A stretch of DNA of 64,000 nt, from NCBI GenBank assembly GCA_036268995.1, contig DATATB010000090.1, positions 3,899-67,898 on the forward strand, read 5' to 3'. Numbering within the stretch: position 1 is the first letter of the stretch; each line of letters begins with the position of its first letter. Shown here in pieces: positions 28,531-38,017 of the stretch. A model generated the notes under the pieces. The model ran no database searches. It had not been told where the DNA came from and saw only the letters and a list, made by a program, of their open reading frames with translations. Source of the stretch: Pirellulales bacterium (lineage in GTDB: Bacteria > Planctomycetota > Planctomycetia > Pirellulales > PNKZ01). The position numbers and the translations under genes were made by a program.

Positions 28531-28928
28531 CGGCGACGGACAAATCGGCATCATCAGCACGACCGCTACCGCCATTAAAGCCGGCAAAGACGGCAGATTC
28601 TCGCCAGCTTCGCTAGCGTTTTCGTGTGGCAAAAGTGCCTCGTCAGAGCGCGAAAAATTCTTGAGAATATTTTCGTAGCGCTTAAGACGTTGCTGCCGCA
28701 ATACTTCATATTGTGCGGCGCGCGAACTGTAAAACTTTTCTGTTTGCAGTTCTACAATCTGGACGCCAAATTCTGAAAGAGGTAGCGCTCGAGGCCTCGC
28801 GCCGCGCTCATGCTGCAATAGCCGCGGCATGCCGGTTGCGGTCCGTCAGGTTGCTGCTGGTGTTGGGTGTCCGTTTGAGGCAGGTGACGGCTTGTGAGCC
28901 GCAGCGCGGCCGGTGAAAAGAGGAAAGT

Positions 28929-30404
28929 ATGAAAATCGCAAAGCGATGGCTGGTTTGCACCGCGTTGAGTTCCTCCTTGGGCATAGGCTTCTGGTGCACG
29001 GGCGCCCAGGCTCAAGCACCTTGCTGCGGCCAGCAGTGCCAAGAGTATCGGCTGTCGTACAGCACCGTGTACGAAGAGCGGCAAGTAACCGCCTACAAGG
29101 TGCAGTACGAGACCGCCTACGAAGATCGCCCGGTCACTACCTATCGGCCGGTGATGGAAACGCAGATGCGCGAGCGACGCTACACGGTGGCCCGCCCGGT
29201 GTTCGAAACGGCCGAGCGTGAAGAGCGCTATACCGTCCAGCGGCCGGTGATGGAAACGCGGATCGAAGATCGCAGCTACGACGTCGTGCGCAACGTTTTC
29301 GAAACCGCGCAGCGCGAAGAACGCTACCTGGTGGCCCGGCCCGTGTACGAGACCCAGGAGCGCGAGGAGCGGACCATCGTTCAGCGGCCAGTCTGTGAAA
29401 CCAGCGAACGCGAAGAACTGTACAACGTGATGGAGCCCGTCACGACCTATCGGGCCATGCAGGTCGATCAAGGCGGCTTCGTCAATCAAACGAGTTATCA
29501 ACCCGGGGCCATCTCTCGGCGGCTGGCCTGGCAGTCTTCGGCTTGCGTGGTCGACCCGGCCACGGGCCAGACCGGCTATCAGCCCGGCGGCCTGGCCTGG
29601 GTGCCGATGCAAGCCCCCGGCACGTATCAGGTGGCGCGCGTCTGGCAGCCGAACGTGGTGACCGTGCAGGTTCCAGAAACCAGCATGGTGGCTCGGACCA
29701 TGGCTCGCCGCGTACCCGTCCAGACGGTGCGCATGGCGCAAGAAGAAGTCGTACGCAAAGTGCCCGTGCAGGTCTGCCGCATGGTGCAGGAAGAAGTCGT
29801 GCGGCAGGTTCCTTACACGGTTTGCCGGCAAGTGACCGAGCGCGTGGAGAATAAGGTGCCCGTGCAGGTCTGCCGGATGGTGTGCGAAGAAGTGGTGCGA
29901 AAGGTTCCTGTGACGACTTGCCGCATCGCTTACGAAGAGCGGGTCGAGCAGCAGCCGGTGCAGGTTTGCCGGCAGGTGGCCGTGGCCGGAACCATTCGCA
30001 TTCCGCGCACGATCGAAATGAAAATCCCGGTGACCTACACCTACCGCGTGCCGCGCACGGTCGTCTACAAAGTGCCGATCGATCCCTGCGGCAACGACCT
30101 GGTGGTGCCGGAAGCGACGATGCCCGTGATCACGGTCCCCGCGGTCACGGTGCCGACGGTTATTGAGCCGGCCATCCCCCGTGCCGTCGCTCCGGGCGCG
30201 GCACCGGCCATTTCGCCAGCTTCGCCGCCGGCCAAAACCGGCGATGCGACCACCCGGCCGTCACTGCCGTCGACATTCCAATCGCCCGAGCCGGTCGATG
30301 AATCCGCCACCGGGCAGACCAAACCGCCGGCGGCCAAGAGCGGCACGTCCGCCACTCCGCCGGCCGGCAGCAACACGACGCCGCCCGCGGGCAAGAGCCT
30401 GTAA
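28929..30404 (+). CDS. secreted YTV-type repeat protein with Cys-containing 16-aa repeats
   Basis: Signal peptide. About 7 x '(E)ERYTV.RPV.ET' units, then about 6 x 'VPVQVCRMVQEEVVRK' units, then a Pro/Thr/Ala-rich tail. Confidence 0.7.
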   Translation: MKIAKRWLVCTALSSSLGIGFWCTGAQAQAPCCGQQCQEYRLSYSTVYEERQVTAYKVQYETAYEDRPVTTYRPVMETQMRERRYTVARPVFETAEREERYTVQRPVMETRIEDRSYDVVRNVFETAQREERYLVARPVYETQEREERTIVQRPVCETSEREELYNVMEPVTTYRAMQVDQGGFVNQTSYQPGAISRRLAWQSSACVVDPATGQTGYQPGGLAWVPMQAPGTYQVARVWQPNVVTVQVPETSMVARTMARRVPVQTVRMAQEEVVRKVPVQVCRMVQEEVVRQVPYTVCRQVTERVENKVPVQVCRMVCEEVVRKVPVTTCRIAYEERVEQQPVQVCRQVAVAGTIRIPRTIEMKIPVTYTYRVPRTVVYKVPIDPCGNDLVVPEATMPVITVPAVTVPTVIEPAIPRAVAPGAAPAISPASPPAKTGDATTRPSLPSTFQSPEPVDESATGQTKPPAAKSGTSATPPAGSNTTPPAGKSL

Positions 30405-30566
30405 ACGCGGACGAAAGATTGGGGCCGGCCGCGCTTTTGCCAGCCGGCTGGTTGACAGTCGTAGCGTAGCCCTGGAGACTAGCGCCCGGCCGCTTGAATC
30501 GCCGCACGCACCCTTTCGGACGCCCGCAGCGCGGGCGATTCGATAAGTCAATCCCGCGAGGCTTGG

Positions 30567-31760
30567 ATGCCGGACATCTCCCATTCGCACGACGATGCCC
30601 AGACGGCCAAGCTGGCCGGCGCGCGCGTGGTCCTGCTCGGCAAACTGGCCGGCATGTCGAAGCGCGACGCCCAGCAGTTGCTGCGAGCCCGGGATGCCGT
30701 CTGTGTCGAAGCCGGCCAGCCCTGCGATTTGGTTGTAGTCGGCGAGCGTGAGCTGCCGCTGGACGATGCGCCCGAGTGGCTGAATCAGCCGGCCGAAGCC
30801 GGCGCGGCGCCGGCCGAAGTGATCACCGAGACGCAGCTTTGGCAGCGGCTGGGCCTGGTGGACGCCGAGCGCAGCGTCCACCGGTTGTACACGCCGGCCA
30901 TGCTGGCCGATTTGCTGGGCGTGCCGGTGGCCGTGATTCGCCGCTGGCATCGGCGCGGGCTGATCGTGCCGGCCCGACAGGTGCGGCGGCTGCCGTATTT
31001 TGATTTTCAGGAAGTGGCCACGGCCCGGCGGCTAGCCGAATTGCTGACTTCCGGTGCCACGCCGGCGGCCATCGAGCGGCAGTTGGCGGCGCTCAACCGT
31101 TGGTTGCCGGGCATCGCGCGGCCGTTGGCCCAGTTGTCGGTGATGGTCCAGGGACGCGACCTGCTGCTGCGGCAAGGCGATGGTCTCGTGGATGCGGCCG
31201 GGCAGTGGCGGTTCGATTTCGACGCCCAAAATTCGCTGCCGGCCGACGAGGCGCCGACGCTGCCATTTTTGCCCGTTGCCGGCTCGCCCGATGCCGCGCC
31301 GACTTCGCCCGAAGAACTCTGCCAGTGGGCAGCGGAACTGGAAGAAGCCGGCCAGTTGGAACAGGCGGCCGATGCGTATCGAGCGGCGCTGGTGGCCGGC
31401 GGCCCGCGCGCCGAGATCTGTTTCCAACTGGCCGAGTTGCTGTATCGGCTGGGCGATGTCGCGGCCGCTTGCGAGCGCTATTACATGGCGGTCGAGTTGG
31501 ACGAAGATTACGTCGAGGCCCGCGCCAACCTGGGCTGCGTCCTGGCCGAGCGGGGACGGCCGGAATTGGCCATCGCCGCCTTCGAGGGGGCGCTGCGCTA
31601 TCACGGCGAGTATCCCGACGCGCACTATCACTTGGCCCGGCTGCTGGACGAGGCGGGCCAGCACGTCCTCGCGCGTCGGCACTGGGAGTCGTTTCTGCAA
31701 CTGGCAGCCGATAGCCCCTGGGCCGACACGGCGCGCGAGCGGCTCGCCAGCCAACCGTAA
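30567..31760 (+). CDS. MerR-type HTH protein with N-terminal BRCT-like region and C-terminal TPR repeats
   Basis: 'YTPAMLADLLGVPVAVIRRWHRRGLIVP' is a MerR-like HTH. The TPR-like region is 'AADAYRAAL..', 'YYMAVELDEDYVEARANLGCVL' and 'AFEGALRYHGEYPDAHYHLARLL'. Confidence 0.65.
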   Translation: MPDISHSHDDAQTAKLAGARVVLLGKLAGMSKRDAQQLLRARDAVCVEAGQPCDLVVVGERELPLDDAPEWLNQPAEAGAAPAEVITETQLWQRLGLVDAERSVHRLYTPAMLADLLGVPVAVIRRWHRRGLIVPARQVRRLPYFDFQEVATARRLAELLTSGATPAAIERQLAALNRWLPGIARPLAQLSVMVQGRDLLLRQGDGLVDAAGQWRFDFDAQNSLPADEAPTLPFLPVAGSPDAAPTSPEELCQWAAELEEAGQLEQAADAYRAALVAGGPRAEICFQLAELLYRLGDVAAACERYYMAVELDEDYVEARANLGCVLAERGRPELAIAAFEGALRYHGEYPDAHYHLARLLDEAGQHVLARRHWESFLQLAADSPWADTARERLASQP

Positions 31761-31946
31761 ACGGCTCGAATCCTCGGGTTTTTAGCTATGCGGGGGGTAA
31801 AAAAACGCCCCGTTCGTGGCCAGCGGACTGCCGATTTGGTTAAGAACAGGTTAAAATCGACACGGCGGCGCAAGCACATTTCGACCGGCATCTGGTAAAA
31901 AGCGCGTCAGCAGGGGCTTACACTCGGCTTCGCGGCGCAGCAGTCC

Positions 31947-33275
31947 ATGGATCAGATCCTCTATCAGTACAAGCTGAACCTCACGACATGGATGTACCTA
32001 TCGTCGCTGCTGACGATCGCCATCTATTTCAAGTTCAGCCGCCTGTGGAGCCTGCGTAATCTCGACCTGCTCGGCCTGATCGCCCTGGCGCCGGGCCTGC
32101 TGCTGGTGAGCCTCCAGGGGCAAGCCAACCAGATCGGCTATATCTGGTTGTTTGGCACCGGGGCGTTCTTCCTGGTGCGACTGCTGCTGGACCCGATGCT
32201 CGTGCGGCGGCCGCTGTTGGAACCCAATCTCACGGCCGGCGGCTTGACGTTCATCGCCGTCTCGCTGATGGCGTTCATGCTGGTGAACGTCCTTACCAAG
32301 GATCCGCAGGAGAGCGATCTCGACGGCCCGCGCCGGCTACGGGCGCTCATGGCCCGGCGCGAATCTTCGACCGATACCAGCCTCTCGAAGCTCGGCCCCG
32401 GCTACGCGCCGATGCATTTTCTGCCTAGCATTTCGATGCGCGCGCTGATGCCGGCCGATCCGCAATTGTCGGAAGAGAGCGGCCGCTACAAGGCCGATCT
32501 GGCCACTGCCCGCACGATGGCGATACTCTCGCACCTGGCCGTCGTGCTGGGCATCGTGCTGATCGGCGTGCGGCATTACGACAACATTCGGACGGGCATT
32601 GCCGCCGCCACGCTGTATCTGCTCTTGCCTTACACGGCCGAGATGACCGGCCGCATCGACCATGTGCTGCCGGCTGCGCTGTTGGTCTGGACCGTCGTCG
32701 CCTACCGCCGGCCTTTGATCGCCGGCATGCTACTGGGATTGTGTACCGGCGTAATTTATTATCCGGTGTTTCTGCTGCCGCTGTGGTGCGGCTTTTACTG
32801 GCAGCGCGGGCTGTTGCGTTTCCTGCTCGGCTTCTTCGTCATGTTGGCGGCCCTGGTGGCCAGTCTGGCGTTCATATCGCAGGACATGAATTCGTTTCTG
32901 ATGCAGGTCAAGATGATGCTGGGCTGGACCAGCTTCTCGCTCGACAGCGGCGCCCAAGGGTTTTGGGCCATGAGCGATTCGATCGGCCCTTATCGCATTC
33001 CCGTGCTCGTCGCCTTTATGGTGATGAGTGCCGGCTTTGCGCTCTGGCCGGCGCAAAAGAACCTGGGCACGCTCTTGAGCTGCTCGGCGGCCGTGATGCT
33101 GGGCACGCAGTTCTGGCACGCGCAATCCGGCGGCCTGTACATGGGCTGGTATCTGCCGCTGCTGCTGCTGACCGTCTTCCGGCCCAATCTCGAAGACCGC
33201 GTCGCCGTCACCGCGCTGGGCGAAGGCTGGTGGGGCCGCCGCCGTTTCCAGGTCAGTCATCACCAGGCGGCATAG
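31947..33275 (+). CDS. hypothetical polytopic membrane protein
   Basis: 442 aa with about 10 or more hydrophobic segments. No family recognised. Confidence 0.65.
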   Translation: MDQILYQYKLNLTTWMYLSSLLTIAIYFKFSRLWSLRNLDLLGLIALAPGLLLVSLQGQANQIGYIWLFGTGAFFLVRLLLDPMLVRRPLLEPNLTAGGLTFIAVSLMAFMLVNVLTKDPQESDLDGPRRLRALMARRESSTDTSLSKLGPGYAPMHFLPSISMRALMPADPQLSEESGRYKADLATARTMAILSHLAVVLGIVLIGVRHYDNIRTGIAAATLYLLLPYTAEMTGRIDHVLPAALLVWTVVAYRRPLIAGMLLGLCTGVIYYPVFLLPLWCGFYWQRGLLRFLLGFFVMLAALVASLAFISQDMNSFLMQVKMMLGWTSFSLDSGAQGFWAMSDSIGPYRIPVLVAFMVMSAGFALWPAQKNLGTLLSCSAAVMLGTQFWHAQSGGLYMGWYLPLLLLTVFRPNLEDRVAVTALGEGWWGRRRFQVSHHQAA

Positions 33276-33277
33276 CG

Positions 33278-33380
33278 GTAGCGGAATCCGTACGAATTCC
33301 GAGCAATTGTAGCCGTAGCGGAATTCGTACGAATTCCGACCACTTGCGCGCCGCGTCGGAAATCTCACGATTTCCGCTAC
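33278..33380. repeat. REP family-1 triplet (two forward GTAC-loop units, one reverse)
   Basis: Units at 33278-33302, 33315-33339 (a perfect 20-nt palindrome CGGAATTCGTACGAATTCCG) and reverse at 33356-33380 (AAATC/GATTT stem variant). Confidence 0.85.
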
Positions 33381-33396
33381 GACGTCCTGGCTCGCA

Positions 33397-34593
33397 TTAC
33401 CCGCGGCGTGCGTCGAGCATTTTCGAGCGGCGCTGGGTGGCCAGCCAGCGCTTCCAGGCCGCCACGTCGTAGTTGAAGTTGACGTTGGGCGTCAGCAGCA
33501 CCAGGGCTTCGAGCACCGAGGGATTGTGCATCTCTTGCGTGATGATCTTCGGTCCCCCGCCCCCCACGCCAAAGCCGGTGCCATTGGGGCCAAAACTCGT
33601 GGTGTAGCTGCCTTGCGGCTGCCCGGTCACGAGCTTGAACTTGTGCGTCGTCACCAGTGCGTCGACTAGCGGCGGAATGGCGCTAGTGTCCTTCATGCGG
33701 GCCAGACCGATGGCCGCGCGGTTGACGATGTTGTTGTCTTTGTCGTGCAGCTTTTGAATGTAAAAGGCGACCACCTCCGGGCTGGGCGAATTGTCCAAGT
33801 GGTCGATGCACGTTTGCCGCACTTCGTCATTCGTATCGTCCAAAGACAGCCCGGCCAGCAACTGCACCGCGGCCGGCGAACCAATGTTTGCCAGCGCATT
33901 GACCATGAGCACGCGCACCGACTGCTCGGTTTCGTTGTCAAGCTGGCGCTTGATCGCCGCGACGGCGAACGGATCGCGAATATCGAGAATGCACTTCGTG
34001 GCTTCGTCATGGCGGTCGCTGCTCAGCCACTCGCGCCAGCGCTTGAGGTTCGTGTACCAGGTCTTTTCAGCCAGTTCGCTCTTTCGCTGCTCCTCGAGAA
34101 TCTCGACTTCCTGCGGCAGCCGCCACCGGCCCTTATACTCCACGTAGCCGCGCTCGCTCATCACTTCCTGCTGCGTTTTCCATTGGCCGTCGAACCGGCC
34201 ATAGCCCAGCGCTCCGCGGGCCGCGGCATGGTCGGGGTCCAACTCGATGACCCGCTTGAGGTGTACCTTGCGGGCCTCGGTCAGCTTCTGCTCGCGGCAC
34301 CATTCGGCCAGGGCCCATTGCCCGTCGACCGTGTCGGGAAACGTGGCGCGAATTTTGTCGTATTCGACTTCCGCCGGCCGCTTGCGCTGGACTTCCTTGA
34401 CCTGGTCGCGGGTGAGCGTGATTTCGCCGCCGGCATCGAGCTTGATGACGTACTTCTCGCGCGGCGTTTCGTCGGGATTGGCCAGCGTGCCCTCGACCTT
34501 GCCGCCGGTTTTGAGCATGAAGGTATCGGCGCGCGCAACTGCCGGCGCCAAACACCCCATGAGCAGCATCGCCAGCGGCAGTCGTCGTTTCAT
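33397..34593 (-). CDS. HEAT-repeat protein with signal/lipoprotein-like N-terminus
   Basis: ATG at 34593, 'MKRRLPLAMLLMGCLAPAVARA'. HEAT/PBS-lyase-like repeats 'VRVLMVNALANIGSPAAVQLL', 'DEVRQTCIDHL' and 'NRAAIGLARMKDTSAIPPLVDAL'. Confidence 0.75.
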   Translation of the reverse strand: MKRRLPLAMLLMGCLAPAVARADTFMLKTGGKVEGTLANPDETPREKYVIKLDAGGEITLTRDQVKEVQRKRPAEVEYDKIRATFPDTVDGQWALAEWCREQKLTEARKVHLKRVIELDPDHAAARGALGYGRFDGQWKTQQEVMSERGYVEYKGRWRLPQEVEILEEQRKSELAEKTWYTNLKRWREWLSSDRHDEATKCILDIRDPFAVAAIKRQLDNETEQSVRVLMVNALANIGSPAAVQLLAGLSLDDTNDEVRQTCIDHLDNSPSPEVVAFYIQKLHDKDNNIVNRAAIGLARMKDTSAIPPLVDALVTTHKFKLVTGQPQGSYTTSFGPNGTGFGVGGGGPKIITQEMHNPSVLEALVLLTPNVNFNYDVAAWKRWLATQRRSKMLDARRG

Positions 34594-34606
34594 GTTTTCG
34601 TGCCTT

Positions 34607-34694
34607 CCGTAGGTCCGGCGAGCCGAGCCGGACCGAATTACCAGTCGGCCGCCGCCGTCCATCCCCAAGTGCCGCTCGGCTCGCGGCACCTACG
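34607..34694. repeat. REP family-3 doublet (inverted relative to 12311-12393)
   Basis: CCGTAGGTCCGGC-gagccga-GCCGGACC ... GTGCCGC-tcggctc-GCGGCACCTACG. Lies in a divergent promoter region. Confidence 0.8.
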
Positions 34695-34816
34695 TTTACC
34701 GCCCCATCTTGTTAGTATAGGAAGCGGCCGCTGGCGACAGCAACGCGGCAATCGGCGGCTTACCGGTTTTTCCGCTTATAGCGGCCGCCAGCCATGCAAT
34801 CGGGGGGAAGTTTGCC

Positions 34817-35326
34817 ATGAGCCAGGCAGCCAGCCAGCATCGGGCCGATGCCCCCCACGTATTGCGGTGTGCGGTGCTTACCGTCAGCGATACCCGCACG
34901 ATCGAAACCGACACCAGCGGCCAGGCGATCGTCGACCGGCTCATGGCGGCCGGACACGAGATCGCCGCTCGCCGCCTGGTGAAAGACGAGCCAACACAGG
35001 TCCGGCAGGCGATCACGGACCTGGCGGCCGACGCGGCGACGCATGCCATCCTGGTGACCGGTGGCACGGGAATCAGTGCCCGGGACCGCACTTTCGAGAC
35101 CATTGCCGAACTCCTGACCCGCACGCTGCCCGGCTACGGCGAGCTATTTCGCTGGTTGAGTTACCAGGAAATCGGCCCGGCCGCCATGCTCAGCCGGGCC
35201 ATCGGCGGGCTTTGCGGCCAGACGGTCGTGCTCAGCATGCCCGGTTCGATGGCTGCCGTACACCTAGCGATGGAAAAGCTGATCGTGCCCGAGCTGCCGC
35301 ACCTGGTTCGCGAAGCCCGGCGCTAG
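34817..35326 (+). CDS. moaB: molybdenum cofactor biosynthesis protein B (MoaB/Mog family)
   Basis: 'VLTVSDTR....D.SG..I...L..AGHE' and 'ILVTGGTGISARD'. Confidence 0.8.
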   Translation: MSQAASQHRADAPHVLRCAVLTVSDTRTIETDTSGQAIVDRLMAAGHEIAARRLVKDEPTQVRQAITDLAADAATHAILVTGGTGISARDRTFETIAELLTRTLPGYGELFRWLSYQEIGPAAMLSRAIGGLCGQTVVLSMPGSMAAVHLAMEKLIVPELPHLVREARR

Positions 35327-35463
35327 CGGGCGGCCCAACTGCTCTGGAGCCCGGCAGCTACGGCCGGGTATCCTACGCCCGCGGCAAACTGCTAGCGGCA
35401 CGCTCTCGCGCCGCATGCCGCAAGTTCCGATCGTCTGTTTTCGCCGCCGGCCAGGAGGGCTTC

Positions 35464-36453
35464 TTGCGACGCTTGCTTTTATTGGCACTGCCCGCGGCTA
35501 TCGCCTGTGGCGGCTGGTATTTCCACGAGCACTACCAGATCGAGCGCGGGCCGACCGGAATCGCCGTCAAGCCGCGCGGGTCGCAGCCCGCCCCGGTCCA
35601 GGACACTCGTCCAATTCGTCCGGTGTTGGCCACGGCGGGCGACACGATCCGCATGGCAACGGTCAATCTCGATCCGCTGGGCGAGAGCAAACTGCAGCAT
35701 CCGGAAATGTCCAAGGTCCTGGCCCAAACGGTCCGTCGCTTCGACTTGCTGGCCGTGCAGGGCATTCGCGCCGACACCTCGGATGTGCTGGCCGGCTTCG
35801 TCGAACAGCTCAACGCTAGCGGCCCGCGCTACGAATACATTCTCGGTCCACGCGTCGGGCCGCCCGGCCGCCAGCAGCAGTTCGCCTTCTTCTACAACAC
35901 CGAGCGGCTCGACGCCGATCACCAGGCCGCATACGTGGTCGAAGACCCCGACGACCTGCTGACCTACGAACCGCTGGCCGTGCCCTTCGCCGCGCATCGC
36001 ACCGACGGTCCGAACATGACTTGGACGGCAATCAACGTCCTGGTCGATGCCCCGTCGGCCCAGCGTGAGCTGCCGGCGCTGGCCGAGGTGTTCCGCGCGG
36101 TGCGCGACGACGGCCGCAAAGAGGACGACATCATCATGCTCGGCGATTTTCGCATCGACGATCAGCACCTACTGGCGGCCATCGCGATTCCCTACTCGGG
36201 CTGCGCAATTACGCGCACGACCAGCAACGCGCGTCACACGGCATTGGCGGAAAACATCCTCTTCGATCGCCGCGCGACCGTCGAGTTCTCCGGCCACGCC
36301 GGCGTCTTCGATCTGATGCAGCAGTTCAATCTGAACATTACTGAAGTGCTCGAGATCGGCGAGCAATTGCCGGCCTACGCCGACTTCTACACCGGCGAAG
36401 GCGCCCGCCGCGGCCGGCTGGCGACGCCCGCGCCGGACAATCGGCTGCGGTAA
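35464..36453 (+). CDS. endonuclease/exonuclease/phosphatase (EEP, DNase I-like) family protein, membrane-anchored
   Basis: This is the 3' third of the artefactual 902-aa ORF. 'IRMATVNL', 'FDLLAVQGI', 'IIMLGDFR' and 'HTALAENILFD' are EEP-like. There is no in-frame ATG after moaB. TTG at 35464 lies 5 nt after AGGAGG (35453-35458). The start is uncertain. Confidence 0.65.
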   Translation: MRRLLLLALPAAIACGGWYFHEHYQIERGPTGIAVKPRGSQPAPVQDTRPIRPVLATAGDTIRMATVNLDPLGESKLQHPEMSKVLAQTVRRFDLLAVQGIRADTSDVLAGFVEQLNASGPRYEYILGPRVGPPGRQQQFAFFYNTERLDADHQAAYVVEDPDDLLTYEPLAVPFAAHRTDGPNMTWTAINVLVDAPSAQRELPALAEVFRAVRDDGRKEDDIIMLGDFRIDDQHLLAAIAIPYSGCAITRTTSNARHTALAENILFDRRATVEFSGHAGVFDLMQQFNLNITEVLEIGEQLPAYADFYTGEGARRGRLATPAPDNRLR

Positions 36454-36459
36454 AGCGCT

Positions 36460-36484
36460 GTAGCGGAATTCGTGAGAATTCCGA
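36460..36484. repeat. REP family-1 single unit
   Basis: GTAGCGGAATTCGTGAGAATTCCGA, followed by the hairpin GGCACA-tgaa-TGTGCC at 36501-36516. Lies between convergent genes. Confidence 0.8.
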
Positions 36485-36532
36485 ATCGGCGCAAAGCAAC
36501 GGCACATGAATGTGCCGGCTAATTGGGCGCAC

Positions 36533-38014
36533 TCACGCCAGCAGTTGGCGCACGGCTTGCCCTTCGACGTCGGTGAGCCGGAAGTCGCGGCCTTGGAAGC
36601 GATAGGTGAGCCGGGTGTGATCGATGCCCAGGCAGTGCAAGATCGTGGCGTTGAGGTCGTGTACGTGTACGCCGTCGCGGACGATGTTGTAGCAATGGTC
36701 GTCCGTTTCGCCGTGCGAGATGCCGCCGCGAATGCCGCCGCCGGCCAGCCACATGCTGAAGCAGCGGCCGTGATGATCGCGGCCGTAGTTGTCCTTAGTG
36801 AGCGTGCCTTGGCTGTAAACCGTCCGGCCGAATTCGCCACCCCAGACCACGAGCGTCTCGTCCAGCATGCCGCGCTGCTTGAGATCCTGGATCAGCGCCG
36901 CGGTGGCCCGATCGGTGTCGCCGCATTGCACGCGAATCTGCTTGGGCAGATTGCCGTGCTGGTCCCAGCCGCGATGGTAGAGCTGAATGAACCGCACGCC
37001 GCGCTCGGCCAGCCGCCGCGCCAGCAGACAGTTGCGGGCATACGTGCCGCCGCCGCCCGACTCGTCCAGCCCGTACATGGCCAGCGTCTGCCGCGTCTCG
37101 CCTGACACCTCCATCAGCTCGGGCACCGAGGTCTGCATGCGGTAGGCCATTTCGTACTGCGCGATGCGGGTGTTGATCTCGGGATCGCCCACCGCGCGGG
37201 CGGCCAGACGGTTCAGATCGCCCAGGCCGTCGAGCATTTCGCGGCGCGTGTCGCGGTCGATCCCAGAGGGATCGTGCAGGTACAGCACAGGGCTCTCGCC
37301 CGAGCGGAAGCGCACACCCTGGTGCTGCGAGGGCAAGAAGCCGCTGCCCCACAGACGCGAAAACAGCGGCTGGTCGTTGGCCCCGTTGCTGGCCAGCGAA
37401 ATCATCACCACGTAGGCCGGCAGGTTCGAGTTCTCGCTGCCCAGGCCGTAGCTGAGCCACGAACCCAGACTGGGGCGGCCGGGCTGCTGGCTGCCGGTTT
37501 GGATGTAGGTGATGGCCGGGTCGTGATTGATCGCCTCGGTGTGCATCGACTTGACGATGGCAATGTCGTCGACGACGCGTGACGTGTGTGGCAGAAGCTC
37601 GCTGGTCCAGGCCCCGCACCGGCCGTGCTGGGCGAACTTGAACATCGGCGCGACGCAGGGAAACGACTTCTGGCCCGACGTCATGCCAGTGATGCGCTGT
37701 CCCATGCGGACGCTGGCCGGCAGCTCCTGGCCGTGGAACTTCTGGAGCTGCGGCTTGTAGTCGAATAGGTCGATATGCGACGGCCCGCCGGCCATGTGCA
37801 GGTAGATTACACGCTTGGCTTTGGGCGGCAGATGAAACTGCTTGAGCGAGCCGTGACCGCTGGTGTCGGGACCTGCGGGAGGCTGGTTCGTGGCGGCGGC
37901 CAACAGCCCGGGGTTCAAGAGCGAGGCCAGGGCAGCGGTGCCGATGCCGGTTGCCGTGCGGCCAAAGAGCTGGCGGCGCGTGAGCAGCAGGCGGTAGGCG
38001 TCTTGGGGATTCAT
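36533..38014 (-). CDS. DUF1501 domain protein (sulfatase-fold), Tat signal
   Basis: '[22 protein letters not shown]'. DUF1501-typical '[20 protein letters not shown]' and 'WDQHGNL'. Starts 3 nt after the upstream gene's stop. Confidence 0.9.
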   Translation of the reverse strand: MNPQDAYRLLLTRRQLFGRTATGIGTAALASLLNPGLLAAATNQPPAGPDTSGHGSLKQFHLPPKAKRVIYLHMAGGPSHIDLFDYKPQLQKFHGQELPASVRMGQRITGMTSGQKSFPCVAPMFKFAQHGRCGAWTSELLPHTSRVVDDIAIVKSMHTEAINHDPAITYIQTGSQQPGRPSLGSWLSYGLGSENSNLPAYVVMISLASNGANDQPLFSRLWGSGFLPSQHQGVRFRSGESPVLYLHDPSGIDRDTRREMLDGLGDLNRLAARAVGDPEINTRIAQYEMAYRMQTSVPELMEVSGETRQTLAMYGLDESGGGGTYARNCLLARRLAERGVRFIQLYHRGWDQHGNLPKQIRVQCGDTDRATAALIQDLKQRGMLDETLVVWGGEFGRTVYSQGTLTKDNYGRDHHGRCFSMWLAGGGIRGGISHGETDDHCYNIVRDGVHVHDLNATILHCLGIDHTRLTYRFQGRDFRLTDVEGQAVRQLLA

Positions 38015-38017
38015 GGC

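Noticed and set aside
34695-34816. Possible Moco riboswitch upstream of moaB
   Set aside because: I could not identify the conserved Moco-motif helices. The only structure seen is NotI-site (GCGGCCGC) self-complementarity and the adjacent REP family-3 element.
33745-36453. 902-aa ORF, the longest unassigned ORF in the track
   Set aside because: It is chimeric. The first ~280 codons are antisense to the well-supported HEAT-repeat gene, and the middle overlaps moaB out of frame with an Arg/Ala/Gly/Pro-rich composition. Only the last ~330 codons (the EEP domain) look real.
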